Below are positions 17,024 through 24,860 of a stretch of DNA of 64,000 bases, piece by piece. The DNA is from Candidatus Falkowbacteria bacterium (GTDB lineage: Bacteria; Patescibacteriota; Patescibacteriia; Patescibacteriales; VMTK01). Below the pieces are notes generated by a model, which did no database searches, had not been told where the DNA came from, and was given only the letters and a program-made list of their open reading frames with translations. Position 1 is the first letter of the stretch, and each line of letters starts with the position of its first letter. The translations under genes were made by a program, and so were the position numbers. The DNA lies in the NCBI GenBank assembly GCA_013791585.1, contig VMTK01000018.1, positions 7,316 to 71,315 of the forward strand. The letters are read 5' to 3'.

Positions 17024-17144
17024 GTTCTTTAAAACAAAATTTAAACTGAGGCAAAACGGAAATTAAATTTTTTAGTTTTTATTTTGTCTCAATTTAGAGA
17101 CATAAACATTGAGCCCAGCCCGAGGGGAAATTCGGGCAAGGAGG
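17024..17144 (+). promoter_or_regulatory. 121-nt structured leader, copy 2
   Basis: 3 substitutions relative to 15141-15261; ends in AAGGAGG 6 nt before the ATG at 17151. Confidence 0.8.
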
Positions 17145-17150
17145 TGAAAA

Positions 17151-17510
17151 ATGAAGAAGAAGTATTTAGAAATTTTTTTTGATAAATGTACTTTTTCTGC
17201 AGAGGATATTGTTTCTTTAGCAGAAGAGGTAAGAAAGAATTTTACTGAGATAAGAATCGTCCCATCCTCAGTATATTCTTATCAAGGAGGAGAGCACGGT
17301 AGCAATCCTCCTAAAACTCGACCAGATGATTGGTCGGGAGTTATTCCTCGTATAAGTGACGGGGATACCCGTGACGGAGATTATCTTCTGTGCCTCGGCA
17401 CTGAGGATAGATACGGATATGTAGACGAGCGAGGGCTTGTCTACAAAAAGGCTTCCTCAATTGAGGAAGCAAAAAAATTTTTAAAGGGGGTGAATAATGC
17501 AAAAACATAA
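17151..17510 (+). CDS. hypothetical protein (119 aa)
   Basis: Strong SD; no recognisable motif; 14-nt overlap with the next ORF. Confidence 0.6.
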   Translation: MKKKYLEIFFDKCTFSAEDIVSLAEEVRKNFTEIRIVPSSVYSYQGGEHGSNPPKTRPDDWSGVIPRISDGDTRDGDYLLCLGTEDRYGYVDERGLVYKKASSIEEAKKFLKGVNNAKT

Positions 17511-18255
17511 AATTTACCCCTCAGGTCTAGAGCAGTATGAACATGCTCTAGGCCTGTACCAGCCTGTGTCGTATTGGCTGGCGCCAGAAGAGCAGACCTG
17601 CCGAGTGGTCTGCAATTTGCGAAGCCGGACTCATGAAGTATGGCTGAGTGAGCCGGCCTATAGGAGTCCGGAGCTTTTGCTCCCAGACATTGTCCATAAA
17701 CTTTGCCATTGCGCTCTGGCGGAACGAGTGGACACGGCTTTTTCCACGATTTGGTTCACTGAAAAATGGAATCAAATCAGCCGGAAAGAGCCGGGACGGT
17801 TCAGTCAGTCCGCCCGGATGCTCTACTTGGCATGGTGCCATGTGGACATTTGGGTCAATGATCTCCGGCACAAACATTGGCCGGAGTTAATCGCTCAGGA
17901 GCACTCCACCTTTGCTCAAGGAGTTGTTATTTTACTCCAAAGGCATGAGTGGGGCATGCTCTCCAGATCTGAGACGCTTCTCGGCTTGGCTCAGCACCAG
18001 GCCGAGCGGGAGCGGCACGGCCTATCTAAATCAGCTGACCTTTTTGCCGTTTTGTCAGCCCATGGCATAGAGGTTGAAAAAAAGATTAAAGGGCTGGCAG
18101 AATTTTTTAAATTTTTGCCGCGCTTGCGTTTTAAGCCGCGCAAGGATTTGAAAATTTTGGAAAGTTCAGTTGTAGAAGTTGCGCGCCGGCTGGAATTTCC
18201 AATTAGTCCCAAACTCGTGTTTAAAAACGGACTATGGGTTTGGGATTTGGGTTAA
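17497..18255 (+). CDS. hypothetical protein (252 aa) with an HExxH-like HKLCH motif
   Basis: IVHKLCHCALAE (Lys where a metalloprotease Glu would sit); SD AGGGGG upstream; translationally coupled. Confidence 0.6.
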   Translation: MQKHKIYPSGLEQYEHALGLYQPVSYWLAPEEQTCRVVCNLRSRTHEVWLSEPAYRSPELLLPDIVHKLCHCALAERVDTAFSTIWFTEKWNQISRKEPGRFSQSARMLYLAWCHVDIWVNDLRHKHWPELIAQEHSTFAQGVVILLQRHEWGMLSRSETLLGLAQHQAERERHGLSKSADLFAVLSAHGIEVEKKIKGLAEFFKFLPRLRFKPRKDLKILESSVVEVARRLEFPISPKLVFKNGLWVWDLG

Positions 18256-18328
18256 AGATTACTTCGTCCACCCGAGGTTTTGGGTTTAACAGCAAGCAAG
18301 GAGCGGATAAGCTTGCAAGGGTTTTAAA

Positions 18329-18358
18329 AAGGAGACATAATGGATTGTCTCCTTTTTT
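18329..18358 (+). terminator. rho-independent terminator AAGGAGACA..TGTCTCCTT + T-tract
   Basis: Read directly, after the last cassette gene. Confidence 0.7.
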
Positions 18359-18381
18359 ATGATTTTTAAGTTTATTTTTAT

Positions 18382-18415
18382 GAAAATTAAGCAAGGGATG
18401 GCGGTTAATAAAAAA
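18382..18415. repeat. 34-nt direct repeat, right copy
   Basis: GAAAATTAAGCAAGGGATGGCGGTTAATAAAAAA; 33/34 identical to 8994-9027. Confidence 0.8.
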
Positions 18416-18502
18416 GGGCTAAACCGCTCGCAGACGATTTAGCCCCTTTACCGTTTCAAATATCTGATCTGAAATCTGAAATCCGACATCAGAAATCCGA
18501 AA

Positions 18503-18613
18503 TGGTGGGCGACACAAGATTTGAACTTGCGACCTCCACGATGTCAACGTGGCGCTCTAATTTACTCCGGTACGCCCCGCTGGGCTACCGGAGCGAGCTG
18601 AGCTGCTTGTTGT
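18503..18613 (-). pseudogene. tRNA-Val(GAC)-like gene with a 37-nt hairpin inserted in the D-loop and no matching 5' acceptor strand
   Basis: 3' half is canonical (CCACG TTGACAT CGTGG AGGTC GCAAG TTCAAAT CTTGT GTCGCCC A CCA). D arm is GCTC AG[CTCGCTCCGGTAGCCCAGCGGGGCGTACCGGAGTAAA]TTA GAGC. The upstream 7 nt do not pair with GTCGCCC. Confidence 0.4.
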
Positions 18614-18618
18614 TTTTG

Positions 18619-18692
18619 TGGACGACACTGGACTCGAACCAGTGACCTCTTCGATGTCAACGAAGCGCTCTAACCAGCTGAGCTAGCCGTCC
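18619..18692 (-). tRNA. tRNA-Val (anticodon GAC)
   Basis: Hand-folded 74-nt cloverleaf: GGACGGC TA GCTC AGCTGGTTA GAGC G CTTCG TTGACAT CGAAG AGGTC ACTGG TTCGAGT CCAGT GTCGTCC A. Confidence 0.85.
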
Positions 18693-18774
18693 GTATCGGA
18701 TGTCAGATTTCGGATATCTGAAATCAGATTGTTAATTTATCCGAAATCCGAGATCTGAAATCCGATATCCGAAA

Positions 18775-18922
18775 TGGTGGGCATAGATGGATTTGAAGCT
18801 CCTCGGCGCTATCCTCGGTGCCGAAACTGGGAAACGGGGCGACATCCACGTTATAAGCGTGGCGCTCTAATTTACTCCGGTACGCCCCGCTGGGCTACCG
18901 GAGCGAGCTGAGCTAGCCGCCC
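18775..18922 (-). pseudogene. aberrant tRNA-like gene (UAU anticodon loop) with the same D-loop insertion, no foldable T arm, plus a stray tRNA 3' fragment
   Basis: GGGCGGC TA GCTC AG[37-nt insert]TTA GAGC G CCACG CTTATAA CGTGG AT GTCGCCC. GTCGCCC pairs with the 5' acceptor directly after the anticodon arm. The gene then ends ..TTCAAATCCATCTATGCCCACCA. Confidence 0.35.
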
Positions 18923-18939
18923 ATTTTTGAAATCTGAAA

Positions 18940-19015
18940 TGGTGCGCCCAGATGGACTTGAACCATCGACCCCCGGCTTATAAGGCCGGTGCTCTAACCA
19001 CTGAGCTATGGGCGC
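18940..19015 (-). tRNA. tRNA-Ile (anticodon UAU as encoded)
   Basis: Hand-folded 76-nt cloverleaf: GCGCCCA TA GCTC AGTGGTTA GAGC A CCGGC CTTATAA GCCGG GGGTC GATGG TTCAAGT CCATC TGGGCGC A CCA. Confidence 0.8.
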
Positions 19016-19188
19016 GGAAAATAAAAAAAGGATTTTTTATCCTTGTGCTATTTTAAATTTATCACTATATTTACTTTTTTTCAAGCCGTATAAAAATAAT
19101 AAAGTAATAAAATAACAAAATAAGATAATCAAGAGAGATGAAATTTTATTTTATTATTTTTTTTATTTCTATTATTTTGTTATTTTAA

Positions 19189-20397
19189 TTATATCGGCAG
19201 CTTGTTTAATTTTTCTTCTATGGAGCTGATGATTTGTTTTTCCGCTTCTTGAATCGGCGCGTCTAAGGAAGCGAATGCCAGATTTCTATCGCCTTGAGGG
19301 TTGTATTCTTTTATTATGTTTAATGAGTTTATATTTTTTATAGAATGGACTAGTACGTTGGTTTTAAGTTTTGGCGTTTCTCGGCCTTCTTGTTTTATTA
19401 TTTTTTCATAGATTATGATAATAATTTTCGCCTGCGGTATGTTAATAATCAGCTCGTCAATCACATCAGGCAGATCTTTTTCGCTGGAACATGTTTTTTT
19501 AAAATCCGCGGACGACAAAGCGGACCAGACCAATTTATTGTCCAAAGAGCTGGACAGCCGCGCCAAAACTCTGCCCCATAATTTCAGCACGCTTAACGGC
19601 CTGGAGCGGTAAAGATGATTAACGATTTCCTCGCGGCGCGCGCCCATGGAAATTAACTGCGAAGCGGCCAGCAAACAGGCAGGAGTTATATTTGAAGTTT
19701 TAAAGCTTTTGGTTTCGTAAATCATGCCGGCCAGCAGGCAGGTGGCGATATCCTCGTCCATTAAATCCCTGGAGCAGCTGTTGAAAAGAGAAAACAGGAT
19801 TTCTCCTGACGCGACCGCGGTAAGATCCGTATAATTGATTTGCCCGAAATCTTCATTGTTGGAATTGCGGTCAATATTAATGATAGGCATTTTGTAGAAA
19901 AATTCCGTGTCGTTGTCGTAGATTTTTCCCAGCGATTCCAGATCAGGCGAGCCGATAACAATAATCAAGTCATATTTAAATCCGCTTGAATGCGATGTTA
20001 TGTCTTCTTCGGTAAAAAATCCGTCCCGCGGAGAAACTATGAAATTCAGAGAATTCTCTTCCATTTTGTATTTTATCTGGCTTACTTTAGTGTCGGTTAT
20101 ATCCAGGGAAATAATGAATTTGCGCAGATTTTCCAAGGAATTTTTTATCTCGCCGAAGCCGGGAAGAAACGAGAATGTCCGTCCGTCATTGAATTTTTCA
20201 GCAACCAGGTCGGCATTTTTGCCCAGCTTTTTCAAAAAAAGATGCATAGCCAAAGCAGAAGCGACAGCATCGCCGTCCCATGTTTTCTTGAATGTTATTA
20301 AAATATTTTCAGCTTTTTTGATTTGTTCAAAAATCTGCTGTTCCTGGGTTAGCATAGAAAATAATGCGAATCTGCGAATTATATCCAAATACTCCAA
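19189..20397 (-). CDS. DHH/DHHA1-family phosphoesterase (NrnA-like) with a degenerate DHH motif
   Basis: KKTWDGDAVASALAM (motif I/II); IDRN in place of IDHH. The start may be the MLTQEQQ Met at 20355. Confidence 0.65.
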   Translation of the reverse strand: MEYLDIIRRFALFSMLTQEQQIFEQIKKAENILITFKKTWDGDAVASALAMHLFLKKLGKNADLVAEKFNDGRTFSFLPGFGEIKNSLENLRKFIISLDITDTKVSQIKYKMEENSLNFIVSPRDGFFTEEDITSHSSGFKYDLIIVIGSPDLESLGKIYDNDTEFFYKMPIINIDRNSNNEDFGQINYTDLTAVASGEILFSLFNSCSRDLMDEDIATCLLAGMIYETKSFKTSNITPACLLAASQLISMGARREEIVNHLYRSRPLSVLKLWGRVLARLSSSLDNKLVWSALSSADFKKTCSSEKDLPDVIDELIINIPQAKIIIIIYEKIIKQEGRETPKLKTNVLVHSIKNINSLNIIKEYNPQGDRNLAFASLDAPIQEAEKQIISSIEEKLNKLPI

Positions 20398-20618
20398 ATG
20401 CGAATTATCCGAATAACTTTAATTCGATTTACAGTTATTCGGAGCATTAGGATTATAATAGAATTAGTATTTCAATATATCCTATATTTTTATTAGTGTC
20501 AAGCATAAATGGCTTTGACATAGCTGGTTTTTACATTTTTAGCGCTGTTTTTTGCTAATTTTTAAAAAATCTTGCAAGAAAGTAAAAAGTATGATATTAT
20601 ACAAATAGATTAACATAA

Positions 20619-21197
20619 TTGTTAACCTTTATGTCTAATATCACTAAAAAAATATTAAAATTAGCGATTTCAAAAAAATCAGTTTTTACCGCTGATGAGT
20701 TGGCATTGGCATGGAAAATTACAAACAAGAATGTTTTGAGAGTGATGATCAATAGAAGCACTAAAAGCAATATTCTAAAAAAAATCAGGAGAGGAATTTA
20801 TTCGTTGAATGAAAAAGATGTTAATGTTTTTGAGTTAGCGTGCAAGCTTAAAAAAAGATCGTATATTAGTTTTGAAACAGTCCTAAGTAAAGCCGGAATA
20901 ATATTTCAATGGCAGGATAAAATATTTTTAGCCAGCAATAGGACATCGGAGATTAAAAATAAATATGGAAAATTTGTTTATAGAAAAATACCCGATAAAG
21001 CTCTGCATAGCAACGACGGGATAATTAGCAAAGGGAATTATTTTATTGCCACGGAAGAAAGGGCTTTGTGCGATAAAGTCTATAAAGACGGCATAAGTTA
21101 TTTTGACGATTTATCAGGAATAGACAGAAAGAAAATATTGCCAATAGCTAAATTATATAACAAAAGATTAGAGAAAGATATTAGAAAAATAATATGA
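20619..21197 (+). CDS. AbiEi-like type IV TA antitoxin
   Basis: N-terminal wHTH, 4-nt overlap with the AbiEii-like gene. Confidence 0.55.
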   Translation: MLTFMSNITKKILKLAISKKSVFTADELALAWKITNKNVLRVMINRSTKSNILKKIRRGIYSLNEKDVNVFELACKLKKRSYISFETVLSKAGIIFQWQDKIFLASNRTSEIKNKYGKFVYRKIPDKALHSNDGIISKGNYFIATEERALCDKVYKDGISYFDDLSGIDRKKILPIAKLYNKRLEKDIRKII

Positions 21198-21916
21198 AAA
21201 CAGATAAAGAAAAACATAAAAAAATAATGCTGAATATATTGGCTGATATTTCCAAAGATCCTGAATTGTCTGTTAATCTTGGCTTTAAAGGCGGAACTTG
21301 TTGTTATTTTATTTATGGCTTGGATAGATTTTCCGTAGATTTGGATTTTGATTTGCTGAATATGGAGGCAAAAGATTTAGTTATGAAAAAAATGAATGAG
21401 TTATTAAAAAAATATGGAACAGTTAAAAAGGAGGGTGGAGAATCGCGCATGAAATTAAAATATTCAGATGATAGCAGCGCCTTAAAGGTTGATATATCTT
21501 CAAGAGATGAATTAAATTATTTAAATAGCTATGAAATTAAAGATATTGTTTCAAGTGTTCCTTTAAATATATTAAAAAAGGAAGATATTTTTGCCAACAA
21601 GCTTGTGGCTGTTAAAGATAGATTTGAGAATAAATTAGCAAATAAAATAATAGCAAATAGGGATATTTATGATATTAATTTTTTCTTTAATAAAAATTGG
21701 GGGATTAATTATGAAATAATCGCGCTCAGAAGAAAAAAAGACGCGAAATCATACCTTAAAGAATTAATAGAATTTATAGAAAAAAAAGTTGATAATAAAA
21801 GAATTCTAGACGGAATCGGGGCTTTGGTTAGCGATGAAAAAAGAGAATGGGTAAAAAATGAATTAAAAAATGAGGTTATCAAGCAGTTAGCTATTCAAAT
21901 TAAGTCAATGGAGTAA
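21194..21916 (+). CDS. AbiEii/AbiGii-family nucleotidyltransferase toxin
   Basis: FKGGTCCYFIYGLDRFSVDLDFD matches the GGTAL..R.S.DIDF signature. Confidence 0.75.
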   Translation: MKTDKEKHKKIMLNILADISKDPELSVNLGFKGGTCCYFIYGLDRFSVDLDFDLLNMEAKDLVMKKMNELLKKYGTVKKEGGESRMKLKYSDDSSALKVDISSRDELNYLNSYEIKDIVSSVPLNILKKEDIFANKLVAVKDRFENKLANKIIANRDIYDINFFFNKNWGINYEIIALRRKKDAKSYLKELIEFIEKKVDNKRILDGIGALVSDEKREWVKNELKNEVIKQLAIQIKSME

Positions 21917-21926
21917 AATAAATTTT

Positions 21927-24803
21927 ATGATCAAAGAACTGCCAAAGGCGTATGAGCCGTCCAAATATGAAGACGGGATTTATAAAAAATGGGAAAAGTC
22001 CGGTTTTTTTAATCCTGATAATTTAGATTTGCCCAAAAACGCGCCAAGCTATACTATTATTTTGCCGCCGCCAAACATTACTGACAAACTGCATTTAGGG
22101 CATTCTTCCATGCTTGCCATAGAAGATTTGCTGATCCGCTATCATAGGATGAAAGGATTTAGAACACTTTGGCTGCCGGGCACGGATCACGCCGCAATTG
22201 CCACGCAGAATGTTGTTGAAAAAAAGCTATTAAAAGAAGAGGGGAAAACAAGGCAAGATTTGGGCAGGGAAAAATTCTTAGAAAAAGTCTTGGAATTCGT
22301 AAAAATTACCCAGTCTGTTATTTTGCGTCAAACCAGAAAAATGGGAGCTTCTCTGGATTGGTCGCGTGAAGCATTTACTTTGGATAAGCCCAGAGAAGAG
22401 GCAGTCAAGAAAATGTTTATTGATATGTATGAGGCAGGAGTGATTTACCGCGGAGAGAGGATTGTTAATTGGTGTCCGCGCTGCCATTCAACATTGGCTG
22501 ATGATGAAGTGGAATACAAAGACCAACAAGCGAAATTGTACACTTTTAAATATAGCAAGGACTTTCCTTTTACTATTGCCACAACTCGGCCGGAAACAAA
22601 GCTTGGCGATACGGCGGTTGCGGTGAATCCAAAAGACAAAAGGTACAAAAAATATATTGGCAAGGTTTATGAAGTGGATTTTGTCGGGATAAAATTAAAA
22701 CTGAAAATTATCGCTGATCGGCATGTTGAAATGGATTTTGGCACAGGCGCGCTGGGCGTGACGCCGGCGCATTCTATGGCTGATTGGCAGATGGCGGAAG
22801 CAAACGGTTTGGAAATTATAAAAGTAATCGGCGAGGACGGGAAAATTAATAATAACTTCAAAAAATATTCAGGCAAGACAGTTGAGGAAGCTCGGGAGAT
22901 GATTGTTAAAGAGTTAAGAAAAAATAATCTTTTGGAGAAAGAGGAAGAGATAGAAAATAATTTGTCTATTTGCTACAGGTGCAATACTCCCATAGAGCCG
23001 TTGCCGTCTAAGCAGTGGTTTGTAAGTGTTGATAAAAAATTAAAGCGGCTTGGAGGCGAAACACAAAAACACAAAAACACAAAAACACAAAAACACAAAT
23101 TAGATATTGAAGGCAAAACGCTTAAAGAAGCCGCCATAGAAGCTGTTAAATCCGGAAAGATTAAGTTTATTCCGGACAGGTTTGAAAAAAGATATATTGA
23201 TTGGATGGAAAATTTGCATGATTGGTGCATTTCAAGGCAGATTTGGTTTGGGCATAGGATTCCGGTATGGCATAGAACACGAAAACACGAAAACACGAAA
23301 ACACAAAAACACGAAAACACAAAAACACGAAAACACAAAAACACGAAAACACAAAAACACGAAATAGAGGAAATTTATGTCGGGATTGAACCGCCGAAAG
23401 GTGAAGGATGGGTTCAAGATCCGGATTCTTTAGATACTTGGTTTTCTTCTGGGATGTGGACTTTTTCTACATTGGGCTGGCCTGATAATTTTAAAAATGG
23501 GAAAAAGAAAGGGGATCTATCAAGGTTTCATCCTACTCAGGTTTTGGAAACCGGCTATGATATTCTTACGCTTTGGGTTTCTCGCATGATAATGATGTCT
23601 TTGTTCGCTTTGCGGGAAATACCTTTTGAAAATGTTTATCTGCACGGCATGGTTTTGGACGAGCATGGCAAGAAAATGAGCAAGTCAAAAGGCAATGGCA
23701 TTGATCCTGTTGATATGATTGATAAATTCGGCGCGGACGCGGCGCGCCTGTCTTTGCTTATAGGCAATACTCCGGGAAATGATTTGCGGTTAAGCGAAGA
23801 GAAAATCGCCGGGTTTAGGAATTTGGTTAATAAGATTTGGAATGTTTCGAGGTATGTAATTTCAGATTTCAGATTTCAGACCCCGCCCAGCTCCGCTGAC
23901 CGGGGCTGGGTTTCAGATTTCAGATTTAATCAAAAAAATTTAACAGTATCCGACAAATGGATTTTAGGCAAGATGGAAAATCTAATTAAGGAAACAGGCG
24001 ATGATCTGGATAATTACAGATTTTCGCAGGCAGGCGAAAGATTGCGGGAATTTACTTGGAATGATTTCGCGGATTGGTATTTGGAAGTCAGCAAGTTTGA
24101 AAAAAATAAAGAAAAAGGAAAAATACTATCGGTAATTTTAAATGATTTATTGAAATTATGGCATCCTTTTATTCCGTTTGTGACGGAAAAAATTTGGGAA
24201 GAGATGGGGAATGATAAATTTTTAATGATTGAAAAGTGGCCGGTAACCCCCCACCCCCAACCCCTCCCCCACTCCTGTTGTCGCGGGAGAGGGGAGATAG
24301 ATTTTGAATTGATAAAAGATGTTATCACAGCCATACGCAACGCGCGGGCGGAAAACAAGATTGAGCCGGCGCGGAAAATCAAGGCGGTAATTTACGGAGG
24401 CAAATCAGCGGATTTAATCAAGTCGCAGGAGTATTTGATTAAAAACATGCGGACAGGGATTAAAGAATTAGAAATTAAGGAAAAAGCAGATAAAATAAAG
24501 AATCGCCGCAGTCCTCTGCGAGAGGCTGCGGCGGGGCAGAGAATGTGGCATTGTCTTGTTCCTAAAGATGCCATTCATATTGCCGTTGCCGGCATTGAAA
24601 TTTATCTGATCGGCGCGGTTGATGAGGAAAAAGAAAAAATCAGAATTAAAAAAGAACGCGAGAATTTGGAAAAATTAATTATTATGGCAGAAAAAAAATT
24701 ATCCAATAAAGAGTTTGTGGAAAAAGCGCCGGAAAAAATCGTGAAACAGGAAAAAGAGAAATTGAAATTGCGAAAAGAGGAATTGAAAAAGCTAACCAAG
24801 TAA
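21927..24803 (+). CDS. valS: valyl-tRNA synthetase with multiple repeat-derived in-frame inserts
   Basis: PPPNITDKLHLGHS (HIGH), KMSKSKGN (KMSKS), C-terminal coiled coil; inserts at 23060-23099, 23277-23364, 23859-23928, 24245-24296, 24504-24533. Confidence 0.95.
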   Translation: MIKELPKAYEPSKYEDGIYKKWEKSGFFNPDNLDLPKNAPSYTIILPPPNITDKLHLGHSSMLAIEDLLIRYHRMKGFRTLWLPGTDHAAIATQNVVEKKLLKEEGKTRQDLGREKFLEKVLEFVKITQSVILRQTRKMGASLDWSREAFTLDKPREEAVKKMFIDMYEAGVIYRGERIVNWCPRCHSTLADDEVEYKDQQAKLYTFKYSKDFPFTIATTRPETKLGDTAVAVNPKDKRYKKYIGKVYEVDFVGIKLKLKIIADRHVEMDFGTGALGVTPAHSMADWQMAEANGLEIIKVIGEDGKINNNFKKYSGKTVEEAREMIVKELRKNNLLEKEEEIENNLSICYRCNTPIEPLPSKQWFVSVDKKLKRLGGETQKHKNTKTQKHKLDIEGKTLKEAAIEAVKSGKIKFIPDRFEKRYIDWMENLHDWCISRQIWFGHRIPVWHRTRKHENTKTQKHENTKTRKHKNTKTQKHEIEEIYVGIEPPKGEGWVQDPDSLDTWFSSGMWTFSTLGWPDNFKNGKKKGDLSRFHPTQVLETGYDILTLWVSRMIMMSLFALREIPFENVYLHGMVLDEHGKKMSKSKGNGIDPVDMIDKFGADAARLSLLIGNTPGNDLRLSEEKIAGFRNLVNKIWNVSRYVISDFRFQTPPSSADRGWVSDFRFNQKNLTVSDKWILGKMENLIKETGDDLDNYRFSQAGERLREFTWNDFADWYLEVSKFEKNKEKGKILSVILNDLLKLWHPFIPFVTEKIWEEMGNDKFLMIEKWPVTPHPQPLPHSCCRGRGEIDFELIKDVITAIRNARAENKIEPARKIKAVIYGGKSADLIKSQEYLIKNMRTGIKELEIKEKADKIKNRRSPLREAAAGQRMWHCLVPKDAIHIAVAGIEIYLIGAVDEEKEKIRIKKERENLEKLIIMAEKKLSNKEFVEKAPEKIVKQEKEKLKLRKEELKKLTK

Positions 24804-24860
24804 TTAAAATAATTTTGTGTTACGCGTTCCCCCGCCCGTTTTTCGCGCGGCGGGGCAGGC

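Noticed and set aside
13709-18415. Prophage or integrative element with an integrase at the tRNA
   Set aside because: No integrase, recombinase, transposase, or capsid or terminase-like protein could be recognised anywhere between 9.0 and 18.5 kb. The island call rests on composition, repeats and tRNA scars only.
22973-23417. Antisense and alternative-frame ORFs over the valS repeat arrays (22973..23344, 23167..23352, 23182..23367, 23232..23417). The same occurs over the helicase arrays (34786..35019, 35433..35657, 35537..35740)
   Set aside because: They are artefacts of microsatellites that lack stop codons in all six frames, and they lie inside well-supported genes.
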